The notes beneath the pieces are model-generated. The model saw only the letters and a program-made list of their open reading frames with translations, was not told the DNA's origin and did not search any database. Below are positions 48,514 to 59,004 of a stretch of DNA of 64,000 bases, piece by piece. Location of the stretch: NCBI GenBank assembly GCA_963703955.1, contig CAVPGK010000012.1:128001-192000 (forward strand). Reading direction: 5' to 3'. Source of the stretch: Nitrospirota bacterium. Its GTDB lineage: Bacteria > Nitrospirota > Nitrospiria > Nitrospirales > Nitrospiraceae. The position numbers were made by a program, and so were the translations under genes. Every line of letters starts with the position of its first letter. The first letter of the stretch is position 1.

Positions 48514-49284
48514 CTACACCACACCGGAATAATATCGCAAGACATTCGAAACGGAAAGGACGCCCACGATTGCCCCGTTCTCGGTAACCGCGAGATGACG
48601 GGTCGCTTTGTCCTTCATCAAGCGCACCGCTTCAATGATCGGCTGACTGCTTTCTATGGTAACCGGCGGTGTTCGCATGCAAGACTTGACGCGTGTGGTT
48701 GATGGGTCAAGCCCGCGCGCCACCACTTCTCTGGCGAGTTCGGTATCCGTGATGATTCCCACGTACTCATCACCGTCCGCAACCAACACCGACCCGATCT
48801 TCCACTCCTGCATCATACGACTGACCTGCTTCAGAGTTGCATCCGAAGGGACACTTCGAATTTCCGGCGACATGTGATCAGCGATCTGAGGACCGATCAC
48901 GAGACTCGGCCCCTTGTGTGGCTTCGTCGCAACTGACGCCCGGCGCGCTTCCAGTTCCGCGACACAGCTCTCCAGGACGCGTCTTCGGAGATGGAGACTC
49001 CCATGATTCATCTCCTGCGTCATTTCTTCCTGTGCTTCCTCCGGTAAGTTGATCAGGCTCGATGATTCTCCAAGCTCGGCATTTTGATAGGCATCCAGCA
49101 ATTCAGAGCTCTCGCCGAAGACCTCAGTGATCAGTCGTTCCGTCTCCAGGTCAAATGCTTCGAGTGCCAAAGCCATATCACCCTTCATGAGTAAGGGAGC
49201 CAAGCGTCCATGCTGCCGTCGCAGCCGGTCGATGTTCCGGTCCAGAGACCATCCACGCGTCCGTGGGGCTGTCGTCTCTTGCAT
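48514..49284 (-). CDS. CBS-pair protein with an N-terminal helical domain
   Basis: C-terminal IADHMS, IGSVLV, GIITDTE, TRHLAV and GVLSVSN; SD GGAGG. Confidence 0.88.
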   Translation of the reverse strand: MQETTAPRTRGWSLDRNIDRLRRQHGRLAPLLMKGDMALALEAFDLETERLITEVFGESSELLDAYQNAELGESSSLINLPEEAQEEMTQEMNHGSLHLRRRVLESCVAELEARRASVATKPHKGPSLVIGPQIADHMSPEIRSVPSDATLKQVSRMMQEWKIGSVLVADGDEYVGIITDTELAREVVARGLDPSTTRVKSCMRTPPVTIESSQPIIEAVRLMKDKATRHLAVTENGAIVGVLSVSNVLRYYSGVV

Positions 49285-49522
49285 ACATCACCTCCGCGGT
49301 TTTGCCACGAGGATACTCTTTTCGGAGGACGATGGGCAAGGGGGAAAAGTAGCAGGGGAATGCCTGGTTTTACCTGGGGAGATGGTTCACGAACGTACGG
49401 ACATGAGCATGAAGACGGTTCGATTTTCCTCGATAGCCTCAAGGGAAGTGGGGAGTATCACGCTGGAAGTCCTTGAAGCCGGACCGAATTCATGCAATCG
49501 AGTAGATTGGTCCCTGGTTGGT

Positions 49523-50725
49523 TTAGACCTGGGCGGCGGTCGCATGCTTGCGCTTTTGCCTCACAACGTGTCCCTGCCATTGCGTCACCAGTCGCTCGTA
49601 TTCCCGTTCCTGTTGGCGGACCATTTCATGGATATCAAACTCCGGGGCAACCGACTCCGCGTTTCGTCCCATTCGTTTGGCATGATCCGGATGGGTGAGG
49701 AGAAACACCACTCGCTCGGCGAGACCATTAACGTCACCCGGCTCAAGCAGATAGCCATTGATTCCGTCCCGGATCACTTCCGGAGCCCCATCCACTCGCG
49801 TCCCCACCACCGGCACACCGCTGGCCAATGACTCCAGGTATACTCGTGGCAGGCCTTCCCAGCGGGACGTGAGGACAAACACGTTCAGGCATCGCAAGAT
49901 CTCGGGAATGTCGCGCCGCCAACCGAGGAGGTGACACGCAGAAGATAGACCACATCGGCGAATTTCCTCTTCGACTGCTTGCCGCAATTCTCCATCCCCG
50001 ACCATCACGAATTGCGTGCGCGGCTGCTGCCGGTGAACCAGTGCAGCCACACGGACAAAGTCCACGGGAGCCTTTTGAGGTTTGAACGGCGCGATCATTC
50101 CGATGGTCGGCCTCTCTGGATCGAGCCCGAGCTCTTGTTTCTTGGCCGCAGCGTCCACCATGGTTCGCCGAATCGACTGCACGTCCACCCCGCTTCTGAC
50201 GACGACGCATCGCTCTGCGGAAAAAATTCCCAAGGTCATTCCCAATCTTCGATTGGCCTCGGAGACCGCAAAGAATCGATTCGTGAACCGGCCTGTGTAT
50301 CGTTCCAAAGCGACGAGCATGCGCTGGACGAAAGAAGGCTGGTCGGGTGTAAATCCAAACCCATGGACGGAATGGATGATGATCGGGACGTGGGCGAAGC
50401 GGGCAGCAAATCGACCAATGATACCGGCCTTCGAGCTATGTGTGTGGACAATCACTGGTTTGATCTGTGCCAGCAGCCTGGTCAGACTTACTAGGGATTG
50501 AAGGTCGGCCAGCGGCCGGATCGGACGACGGAGAGAATGAATTTGATGAAATTCGATGCCCGATATGGCATTGGCTTCATGATCCAGAAGGGCCGGTTCG
50601 CCCGTGATCAGCACCGGACGAAACCGCGCCGGATCCAGATGCGACACGGTAAAGAGCGTGTTTTGCTGGGCGCCTCCCAATTCCAGTTTGGTGATGATAT
50701 GAGCGACGGAGACCGGAGCGACCAC
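49523..50725 (-). CDS. Glycosyltransferase family 4
   Basis: GGAQ, HTHSSKAG, QK, SRWEGLP...LESLA.G.PVV. Confidence 0.93.
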   Translation of the reverse strand: MVAPVSVAHIITKLELGGAQQNTLFTVSHLDPARFRPVLITGEPALLDHEANAISGIEFHQIHSLRRPIRPLADLQSLVSLTRLLAQIKPVIVHTHSSKAGIIGRFAARFAHVPIIIHSVHGFGFTPDQPSFVQRMLVALERYTGRFTNRFFAVSEANRRLGMTLGIFSAERCVVVRSGVDVQSIRRTMVDAAAKKQELGLDPERPTIGMIAPFKPQKAPVDFVRVAALVHRQQPRTQFVMVGDGELRQAVEEEIRRCGLSSACHLLGWRRDIPEILRCLNVFVLTSRWEGLPRVYLESLASGVPVVGTRVDGAPEVIRDGINGYLLEPGDVNGLAERVVFLLTHPDHAKRMGRNAESVAPEFDIHEMVRQQEREYERLVTQWQGHVVRQKRKHATAAQV

Positions 50726-50726
50726 C

Positions 50727-52040
50727 TTAACACATCCCTACGGTTTGAGCTCCTCGCAGTCGTTCAGCCAGTGTTTTGCCCTGACTGATCGCATCTTCCA
50801 TCGATGTATGCTCCCAGCGTCCGTATCGCCCGATCGAATGGATTCCCCGACGTTCGAGCTCTGAGAGTAAACTGGGAAGCACACGTGCGCGATGCTTGTC
50901 AAAGAGCACGTAGGCATATTGGATGTCACGGACATCGGCCACAACGATCTCATCATCACGTCTGAAGATACCGGCTCTCTCCATTCCCTCACGAACCTGA
51001 CGGAGAAGGGCGGCCGGTGGAATGATCTCGGTCGGCTGATGGGAAATCTCGACGTAGAGGGAGCTGCACCCCGGACGACCCAATGAAGGAGAGAAATTCA
51101 TCGGAAAGCCGGCCCGATAGAATGGATAGTCCGGCTCGGGGAAATAGACCCAATGCTGGTCGGAGACCCCCTCGCGGGAAACCCCGAGATTCACGTTGTA
51201 CACCGAAACACACCTGAGACCTGCCGCCGCGTCTTTGAGCGCTGGGGTAAAATCCGTACATCGATGAATCAGTTCGGGAATCGGAATCGTCGACACGAGC
51301 GTCTCGTACTCCTCGACCCTCCCATCTTGAAAGCTGGCTCGACGCCGCCGCGTATCGACCTCGACGAGCTCGCACCCGCACACGATCTTCGAGACCCCAG
51401 AACCGAGCGCCTTCGGTAACGCGTCAATCCCACCGTGAGCCGGGTACAAGAAGGTCGGATTGTAGCCGAACGCTTTATCCTTGATCCCTAAGGCGCCATT
51501 GATGACATCTTTCAAGTCCGGTTTTGGAACCAGCCAGGACACCCAATCCGAGGTCAGCTCATCCAAGGACACTCGCCATAACTTTTCGTTGAACGGCACC
51601 ATGAAATGCTTGGCCATCCCTTCGCCGAGATTCTCCAAAATCCAGGCCTTGAAGGAGCGGTCCTCTGGCTTGACCGATGGAGAAGGTGGCTGGGTGAGCG
51701 TGGCAATAAATCCCAGCAAACATTCCCGGATCACTACCGGCGGAAGGCCGAAGGTATTCACCTGGAAGGGATACTCGGTGTACCTTCCATAAGAATAGAT
51801 ACTCGAACGCCGGCTGTGTTGGGCCAGTCGGCCGGTCAAGAGACCTTCAATCAGAGCCTTGATTTCGGCCTGTCTGAAATGAAGCAGGTGGCCAGTAAAG
51901 TCAAAGGTGAACCCGTCCTTCTGGTAAGATCGGCACAACCCGCCTACCTCTTTTTCCTTTTCAAAGATCTTGTATGGCAGGCCATTCAAATGGAAGGCGG
52001 TGCTCAGACCCGCCAGGCCGGCGCCCACGATCACGATCAT
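50727..52040 (-). CDS. FAD-dependent oxidoreductase (HemY/UDP-galactopyranose mutase-like)
   Basis: IVGAGLAGL, GGLCRS, GFTFD..GH, F.YP..GG, W.YFPE...PFYR, AY and GRYG.W....ME. Confidence 0.8.
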   Translation of the reverse strand: MIVIVGAGLAGLSTAFHLNGLPYKIFEKEKEVGGLCRSYQKDGFTFDFTGHLLHFRQAEIKALIEGLLTGRLAQHSRRSSIYSYGRYTEYPFQVNTFGLPPVVIRECLLGFIATLTQPPSPSVKPEDRSFKAWILENLGEGMAKHFMVPFNEKLWRVSLDELTSDWVSWLVPKPDLKDVINGALGIKDKAFGYNPTFLYPAHGGIDALPKALGSGVSKIVCGCELVEVDTRRRRASFQDGRVEEYETLVSTIPIPELIHRCTDFTPALKDAAAGLRCVSVYNVNLGVSREGVSDQHWVYFPEPDYPFYRAGFPMNFSPSLGRPGCSSLYVEISHQPTEIIPPAALLRQVREGMERAGIFRRDDEIVVADVRDIQYAYVLFDKHRARVLPSLLSELERRGIHSIGRYGRWEHTSMEDAISQGKTLAERLRGAQTVGMC

Positions 52041-53104
52041 CGCCTCGTGTCTCCCCGACCTTGCGGATTTGCGATTGGCACCGCCGGTTGACCCGCATGA
52101 GCCATCGCGGGAGCCGTCATGTCCACCCGTTTCAATATCAACGTCGCCACACCCAGCGCGACCATGGTTGCACCCACAAGCATGATGGCGGTTTCTTCTC
52201 GCACCAGAATGACCAGAATCCCCAGCGTGCCAAGGACAATCGTCGCCATGTAACTCAGCATAACCACCTGCGGAACGGTCAACCCCCAGTGCCGCAGCCG
52301 GATAGCCATATGGTCCGGACTCCCTATAAAAATGGGGAGACCGCGGAGATATCGAATGTACATGACAAACAGGGTGTCAAAAATGGGAATGCCCAGGATC
52401 AGGATAGGGCTGAGCAAGGAAATATGATGCCCCTCGGTATATTCTCCCGTCATGGCCAGCGCACCCAGCATCAGACCTAAAAACAACGCGCCCGAATCGC
52501 CCATATAGATGATCGCGGGGTGAAAATTGTACCGTAGGAACCCCAACAACCCTCCGGCTAGCGCGGCCAGCATGAACGCGATGGTCGCATCGCCATTGAG
52601 GAGAGCGACGATCATCAGAAACACCGCGCTGATTAAGCCGACCCCAGCGGCAAGCCCATCCATGATGTCGAGGAGATTAAAAGCGTTGATGATCCCGATC
52701 ATCCAAAACACGGTGAGGGCCAGATCCAGCCAATCCGGCAGGGCTGCGATTTCGATCCTGATCCCACTTTTGATCAATACGAAGACGGCGAGGAGTTGAC
52801 CAGCCAGTTTCTTTCCTGGCGTCAGCACCCCAAAGTCATCGATCAGCCCGAGCATGACCACCAGCGTGCCCGCTAGGACCATTCCCAGCACATCTTGCCG
52901 AAACTCAAACGTAAACGCGAGACTGATCAGGAACGCGAAGTAGATGGCCATACCGCCGAGGTAAGGGACCGGCTCCCGTTGGTGTTTGAGCCGGCCATCC
53001 GGAACATCGACGATATGGTATTTGAGCGCTGCCCGGCGCGCCACGGGCACGCCGTACAAGGCGAGAAGAAAGGCAAGGGCAAAGGCTAAGATAAGGAGAA
53101 GCAT
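52037..53104 (-). CDS. MraY/WecA-family undecaprenyl-phosphate sugar-1-phosphate transferase
   Basis: VPYLGG, G.IDD, NAFN..D.MDGLA, YNFHPA.IYMGDSG and PIFDT. Confidence 0.93.
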   Translation of the reverse strand: MLLLILAFALAFLLALYGVPVARRAALKYHIVDVPDGRLKHQREPVPYLGGMAIYFAFLISLAFTFEFRQDVLGMVLAGTLVVMLGLIDDFGVLTPGKKLAGQLLAVFVLIKSGIRIEIAALPDWLDLALTVFWMIGIINAFNLLDIMDGLAAGVGLISAVFLMIVALLNGDATIAFMLAALAGGLLGFLRYNFHPAIIYMGDSGALFLGLMLGALAMTGEYTEGHHISLLSPILILGIPIFDTLFVMYIRYLRGLPIFIGSPDHMAIRLRHWGLTVPQVVMLSYMATIVLGTLGILVILVREETAIMLVGATMVALGVATLILKRVDMTAPAMAHAGQPAVPIANPQGRGDTRR

Positions 53105-53160
53105 CGTGCTCAGATTACACTCCGATCACCATGAACCTGACGTCCTCTTTACTGAATCAT

Positions 53161-55083
53161 CTAGCATGCAACTCGCGTACGATTGACCACCACGAGCTGG
53201 TACCACAGCTTGATGAGCAGGACGCTCCAGATCTGTCGACTTCGGTCCTGCTCCCCGCGAAAATGTTGCGCGACCAACCTCTCGATACCGCCCTGATCAA
53301 ACAAACCAGGAGGCCCCTCTGTGAACAGAATGTCCTGCGCGAACTCCCGAAGAGGGCCTCTGATCCATGACCCAAGCGGCATCTCGAACCCCATTTTCTT
53401 CCGTGACAGGATGGCCGCGGGCACGAGACCGGCAACTGCACGCTTCAAGATGGTCTTGCGGCCGTTCTTGAGTTGGGTGGCCGACGGAATCTTTGCCACG
53501 AGCTCAACCAGCGGATGGTCCAAGTACGGCACCCTGGCCTCGAGTGAGGCCGCCATCGACATGCGATCAACTTTCGTCAGGAGATCATCCGGCAGCCAGG
53601 TCGCAAAGTCCGCTCGGAGCATCCCTCTCAGAACATTCTCCGCATTGTTTCCGTCAAAATAGACGTGGAAGAGTAAGTCGATCTCCTGCTGCTCACCGGC
53701 GACCTCACTCGGACTGGAAACGATTTCCGCCAGCTCATCGTGGGTAAATGTCCCGGCCCAATCCGCATGTCGCCTTGATGGCGACGCATGAGAAAGCGCC
53801 TGGAGCGCTTGGACGACTCGTCTATTGACGGAGTTGCGCCTCAACCATTTTGGCAAGGCAGCCCTCAACCGGAGGGGAAGCCAGTGATACCAGGACACAA
53901 GGCGATCGAGGCTGTATCGCTGATACCCACCGAAGAGTTCATCAGCTCCTTCACCCGTCAGAACCACTTTGACGTATTGTGCAGCCACGTTCGATAACAG
54001 ATAGGTTGGGACGATGGCTGGATCGGTCAGTGGTTCATCCAGATAACCGACGATTTTGGGCAAGCTATTCACGACGTCCTGAGGAGTCACCACCCGCTCA
54101 TGATGGAGGGTCCCGCATAGGGTCGCAGCCATCCGTGCATAGTCCAGTTCGCTGGACCGAGGCGAACCATCGAACCCGACCGAAAATGTGTGAGTCCTAA
54201 AGCCGGCTTCCTCGCGACACATCAGCGACACGAGCGCGGTCGAATCCAGGCCTCCACTAAGAAACGCGCCCACGGGGACATCGCTCATCAGATGGCAGCG
54301 AACCGCCTCGCTCAATTGCGCCAATACGAGCTGGGACAGTTCTTCATCCGATCGATGAAAGTCATGAACGATCCCGGTCGGGTGTGTCCAGTACCGACGG
54401 GTTTCAATCCCTCGCTTACTTGCGAATAACACCGTGCCGGGTGGAAGCTTGTGGACGCCTGCGAATGCCGTCTCAGGAGCCGGCACATATTGGAGGAGCA
54501 ATAACTGTATTAAGGCCTTGCGCCTGAGCTCAGGTACCTGTTCGAGCGCGGGCAGAAGTCCGCGCAGCTCCGACGCAAACGAGAGCTGCCCGTCGCCATC
54601 ATGGTGGTAAAAGACGGGTTTGATCCCCACTCGGTCACGAGCCAGGAGGAGTTGCTGTCCTCGCACATCCCAGACCGCGAAAGCGAACATCCCGCGCAAG
54701 TAAGATACACACTCCCAACCATGTTCCTCGTATAAGTGGAGGATCACTTCGCTATCCGACCTCGTCCGAAACCGATGTCCTTTCGAGACAAGCGCCTGGC
54801 GAAGTTCCCGATGGTTGTAAATTTCACCGTTGCAAACGACAACACATGAGCCATCTTCATTCTCAATGGGTTGATGTCCCCCCACCACATCGATAATGCT
54901 CAACCGTCGCATGCCCAGGCCGACCGAGACACCGTCTTGTTTGTATCCAACACGTCCGTGATCATCCGGTCCTCGATGGATCAACGCTTCACCCATCCCA
55001 TCCAGCAAGTCTCCCAGAGATCCTTCCCGGGTGTGACTAGACGTGTGGCTGTGGAAATCGGCGATGCCAAAGATGCCGCACAT
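53161..55083 (-). CDS. asnB: Asparagine synthase (glutamine-hydrolysing) family amidotransferase
   Basis: MCGI, HRGPD, NGEIYN, RDR.GIKP, FLSGGLDS, GEGADELFGGY, KVDRMSMA.SLE.RVP and RKKMGF. Confidence 0.93.
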   Translation of the reverse strand: MCGIFGIADFHSHTSSHTREGSLGDLLDGMGEALIHRGPDDHGRVGYKQDGVSVGLGMRRLSIIDVVGGHQPIENEDGSCVVVCNGEIYNHRELRQALVSKGHRFRTRSDSEVILHLYEEHGWECVSYLRGMFAFAVWDVRGQQLLLARDRVGIKPVFYHHDGDGQLSFASELRGLLPALEQVPELRRKALIQLLLLQYVPAPETAFAGVHKLPPGTVLFASKRGIETRRYWTHPTGIVHDFHRSDEELSQLVLAQLSEAVRCHLMSDVPVGAFLSGGLDSTALVSLMCREEAGFRTHTFSVGFDGSPRSSELDYARMAATLCGTLHHERVVTPQDVVNSLPKIVGYLDEPLTDPAIVPTYLLSNVAAQYVKVVLTGEGADELFGGYQRYSLDRLVSWYHWLPLRLRAALPKWLRRNSVNRRVVQALQALSHASPSRRHADWAGTFTHDELAEIVSSPSEVAGEQQEIDLLFHVYFDGNNAENVLRGMLRADFATWLPDDLLTKVDRMSMAASLEARVPYLDHPLVELVAKIPSATQLKNGRKTILKRAVAGLVPAAILSRKKMGFEMPLGSWIRGPLREFAQDILFTEGPPGLFDQGGIERLVAQHFRGEQDRSRQIWSVLLIKLWYQLVVVNRTRVAC

Positions 55084-56312
55084 CACGCCTTCTCCCTGCT
55101 CGCAAAAGAGAGATCCTGATACAGGCGCTCGAGGTAATCCACATACGCATCGGTTGAATGTTGCTCCATGATCCGCTGTCTACCGGATTTTCCCTTCACA
55201 GCAGCCTGCTCCGGACGTTCGAGAAGATGGACCACGGCTTCGGCAATGGCTTCCGGCTTGGCGTCCACGAGCATGCCTACAGTCTCATCAACCAACTCCC
55301 GAGTCTGCCCTACGTCCGTGGCAACCACCGCAGCTCCGCAGGACATCGCTTCCAACAAGGCCTGCGATGGGTAATTATCCATCGTCTGCATGGACACAAA
55401 GACGAGCGTGTGAGTCAGGACAGACTCCATGTGATCACACCATGTCATCTCCAGAGAGGCTTCCAAGCCGTGCTGCCTGACCAGCGCCCGCACGTGCTTA
55501 CGTAACGGGCCGTCCCCAAGGATAAAGAATCTGGCATTCGGGCAATGTTTATGGACAAGCGCGCAGACCGCGACGAATTGATCCGGATTCTTCTCCGGCA
55601 CTAGCCGTCCTGCAAACACCACCCACGGGTGCTTCACTGGTGAAGGGGCAAACCGATCGGTGTTGACGAAACTGCCTGGTGCGACTCGGATATTGTCAGG
55701 AGAGACCCCTTCTTCTTCGAGCGATCGGCGGATTGTGTCAGTTAACGCGTCTACGACATCAGCCCGGTGCAAAGCCATACGATAGAGGCGATAGCCCAAA
55801 CCGGATCTCACCATTGCGGACAGACTCGGACATACGACCGATACCGCTGCCGCAGGAGCGCAACGTAGCCATTGGAGAGGTAGCACCACGTAGGCCCCAC
55901 CTAGGATCAGGTGCAACACCAGGGGGCGGTGGCGTAGAATCCACCAGGATACGGTTATGCAACCGACGGCATAGTCCAGCTTGCGAAGTCCGAATGCAAC
56001 CCCATCAAGAATTCTTTGGATGACCCCGTCGAATGCCCCCATGGCTGCGTCTGAGCTGGGCATCATCCTGATCAGACATCGTGTAGATGATCCGAACCAT
56101 TCCTTCAGGACCACACTAGGAGCCTCTTCGTTCAGTACACCAGCCCGGAGAAGTTCCGCAAGAAGCGATTCATTCATTACAAGAGAGACGTCCATTTTCC
56201 TTCGCCTGAGGTGTTCATAGACCTGCGCATACCGACGTTCCGCCCCCCCCGAACCACTGTTATTGAGGAGAACCATAGCAATCCGTGGGGAGCAACGGGC
56301 GTCGTTCATCAT
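55083..56312 (-). CDS. Glycosyltransferase family 4
   Basis: GGAERR, GRLVPEK and LLEAMSCG..VVATDVG. Confidence 0.88.
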   Translation of the reverse strand: MMNDARCSPRIAMVLLNNSGSGGAERRYAQVYEHLRRRKMDVSLVMNESLLAELLRAGVLNEEAPSVVLKEWFGSSTRCLIRMMPSSDAAMGAFDGVIQRILDGVAFGLRKLDYAVGCITVSWWILRHRPLVLHLILGGAYVVLPLQWLRCAPAAAVSVVCPSLSAMVRSGLGYRLYRMALHRADVVDALTDTIRRSLEEEGVSPDNIRVAPGSFVNTDRFAPSPVKHPWVVFAGRLVPEKNPDQFVAVCALVHKHCPNARFFILGDGPLRKHVRALVRQHGLEASLEMTWCDHMESVLTHTLVFVSMQTMDNYPSQALLEAMSCGAAVVATDVGQTRELVDETVGMLVDAKPEAIAEAVVHLLERPEQAAVKGKSGRQRIMEQHSTDAYVDYLERLYQDLSFASREKA

Positions 56313-56355
56313 TCAATTCGGGGTTGTGAGGTATCTTCGATGACCGTGTGTTCTC

Positions 56356-57582
56356 TCATGAATGAGTCACGGTCTCATAGGCCATAAGCAGAGTCTTCCC
56401 CTCTACCTCCCAGTTGTACCGCTCCCGGGCAGCTCGAAGGGCGTTGCGCTTCATCATCTCCAGCCGGGGCATGTCCAGAAGGAGCTCGTTCATAGCGCGC
56501 GCGATATCTCGAGGATTTTCTGGGGTGAAGACTCCGCCGATCTGATGGCCCAGAATAATGTTTCTCAGTTCAGGAAGATCGCTGCCCACAACGGCCAGGC
56601 CGGCCATCATGTACTCGAAGAGCTTATTCGGTAGGCAAAAGCGATTATTGAGGCAGAATGGAATGTAGGGAATCACGCCGATATCGGCTTCAGAGGCAGT
56701 TCTCACCAGGTCCGCCATGGGGACCGGGGGCGCAAAGACCACCTTGTCTTCCACTCCGAACTCTCTGACCAAAGTGCGAAGGTGATCCTCAAGGTTTCCG
56801 TATCCTCTGAGCATGAGCGTCCCGGTCACTACGTATTTCGCACTTTCAATCAGTTGTTCGAGGCCTCGATCACGGTAATAACCCCCGTGGTAGAGAATGA
56901 CCCGCTCATGATTTCCACCTGCGTGGTTCGGCACCCACAACTGCAACGGAGGCACGTTGCGAACGGTCATGATTCCATTGACCCCATAACGTTGCGTGAC
57001 CCATTCCCCTAAGGATCGACAGACCGTCACCCGAAGGTCCGCATACCTCACCAGCAATCTCTCCAAAAGAGAATAGAAGAGGATCCACAGTGTCGTCTTG
57101 ATTCCGTGTCTGAATTGTTCGGTGAAAAGTTCATGGAAATCGTAAACGAGCTTCTTCCCGGTCCACCATTTCGCCAAGAAGCCGGCCAATAAGGTATCCA
57201 AATCATGAGCATGGTACACATCAGCTCCCTGCTTCACGGCCCTTCTGGCCAACGCCATATTGAGCCATACGACGCTGACAATGTTCAGCGCGTCGCCTCG
57301 AAGTCTGGTCAGAAAGCTTACGGCCCCGTGCTCTTTGGACGCTCGACACTTCTTACTCCGAGACGAGATGAGAGCCTCATACAAATGTCTAAGAGTCAAC
57401 ACACGTATGATGTGACACCCATCCAATTCTTCCGTGAAAGAAGAGTTCTCGTCTTTCGCTCCAATGATGGTGACGTCATACCCAGCGTACACCAGGGACG
57501 CAGCCTCTCTTCTGACACGAGGGTCGCTGGTCACCGGATTGGTGAGCAGCATGCAGACTTTTCCTCTGTGCGTCTTGTCCAC
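56356..57582 (-). CDS. Glycosyltransferase family 4
   Basis: DPRV.REA.SL, YHAHD, YD.HE, RGLE and PNKLFEYM.AGL.V..SD. Confidence 0.9.
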   Translation of the reverse strand: MDKTHRGKVCMLLTNPVTSDPRVRREAASLVYAGYDVTIIGAKDENSSFTEELDGCHIIRVLTLRHLYEALISSRSKKCRASKEHGAVSFLTRLRGDALNIVSVVWLNMALARRAVKQGADVYHAHDLDTLLAGFLAKWWTGKKLVYDFHELFTEQFRHGIKTTLWILFYSLLERLLVRYADLRVTVCRSLGEWVTQRYGVNGIMTVRNVPPLQLWVPNHAGGNHERVILYHGGYYRDRGLEQLIESAKYVVTGTLMLRGYGNLEDHLRTLVREFGVEDKVVFAPPVPMADLVRTASEADIGVIPYIPFCLNNRFCLPNKLFEYMMAGLAVVGSDLPELRNIILGHQIGGVFTPENPRDIARAMNELLLDMPRLEMMKRNALRAARERYNWEVEGKTLLMAYETVTHS

Positions 57583-57687
57583 CAGACCACTATCCCTGGT
57601 ATGAAGCGATAAAGACGGTGTGCTTCAATCGCGCTATCCGGCTTTCAGAGCAAATGCATGTGGTCATTCTGCTCCAGGTTGAGTTGT

Positions 57688-58989
57688 CTACAGCAACACG
57701 ACATTCTCTTTGCGAGATTTAGCATTTCGAGTCCCGTTTCTGGTGTCAAAAACCAACGGGGCGTGTTTGACGATCAACTCATAATCGAAGGACGAATGAG
57801 CGGTCAGAATCAGTGCGCAATCGCTTTTTCCCAAGAGCGCCGGTGTCAGGTTGACGGATTGATAGCCGTGCCCTTCGAGCTCAACTGATGGAGCAAAGGG
57901 ATCGGAATAGGTGATAACGGCGCCCTCTCTCAGAAGAAGCTCCATGACTTTGATTGCCGGAGTCTCACGTGGATCGCCGACATCAGCCTTATAGGTCACT
58001 CCTAACACCAGGATAGCGGAGCCATTGAGACAGCGACCTCGCCGATTCAACAACCTCTGCAGTTTCGCCACGACGTAATAGGGCATCCCCTCGTTGATTT
58101 CTCCTGCAAGTTCAATAAAACGGGTGTGGAGATCATATTCCTTCGATTTCCAGGCCAAATAGTACGGATCGAGAGGGATACAATGCCCCCCCACCCCTGG
58201 GCCTGGATAGAACGGCATGAAGCCGAAATTTTTCGTCGCCGCGGCGTCGATGACCTCATACGCATTGAGGTTCATTCGGTCACAGAGGATGGCCAGTTCA
58301 TTGACAAGCGCAATGTTGACGGAACGAAAGACGTTCTCGAACACCTTCGTCATTTCCGCAACTCGAGGCGATGACAGTGGAAAAATTTTCACGATCGATT
58401 GCTCATAGAACGTCCGCGCATGGGTGAGGCAACCAGGCGTGACTCCCCCGACGAGTTTGTAGGTATTGTGAGTCTTGAACGAACGATTGCCTGGATCAAC
58501 ACGTTCCGGGGAAAATGCGACGTAGAGATTCTCGCCGATCTTCAATCCTCCTTCAGTCAAGATCGGCAGCATTACATCTTCAGTCGTACCCGGATAGGTC
58601 GTGCTCTCCAAAACGATCAACATACCCGGACGAGAATACTTGGCTAATTCGCGCGTGACTTTGACAATCGCACTGATATCCGGTTCCTTGTTACGGGTCA
58701 ACGGAGTGGGCACGCAGATCAGGACCACATCGCATTTGCGGATTGCACTGAAGTCCGTGGTCGCCGACAGTCGTTCAGTTTCTACAGTTTGACGGAGCTC
58801 CGTGTCGTCAACATCCAGAATATAGTTCTCTCCTCGGTTCACCTTCTCCACTTTCTCTGCCACTTCGTCGATGCCATGGACACGAAAACCCGTCTTCGCT
58901 TGCAACACCGCAAGAGGCAGCCCGACGTACCCTAAACCCACTACTCCGACCACGGCTGAATGATTCTTTATCTTTTCTAGTAACGACAT
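57688..58989 (-). CDS. UDP-glucose/UDP-GlcNAc 6-dehydrogenase family (WbpA/WecC-like)
   Basis: GLGYVGLP, CVPTP, ESTTYPGTT, SPERVDPG, K..EN.FR.VNIA, GGHCIP.DP and YK....D.RE.P. Confidence 0.93.
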   Translation of the reverse strand: MSLLEKIKNHSAVVGVVGLGYVGLPLAVLQAKTGFRVHGIDEVAEKVEKVNRGENYILDVDDTELRQTVETERLSATTDFSAIRKCDVVLICVPTPLTRNKEPDISAIVKVTRELAKYSRPGMLIVLESTTYPGTTEDVMLPILTEGGLKIGENLYVAFSPERVDPGNRSFKTHNTYKLVGGVTPGCLTHARTFYEQSIVKIFPLSSPRVAEMTKVFENVFRSVNIALVNELAILCDRMNLNAYEVIDAAATKNFGFMPFYPGPGVGGHCIPLDPYYLAWKSKEYDLHTRFIELAGEINEGMPYYVVAKLQRLLNRRGRCLNGSAILVLGVTYKADVGDPRETPAIKVMELLLREGAVITYSDPFAPSVELEGHGYQSVNLTPALLGKSDCALILTAHSSFDYELIVKHAPLVFDTRNGTRNAKSRKENVVLL

Positions 58990-59004
58990 GCTGGCTCCTC
59001 TCGC

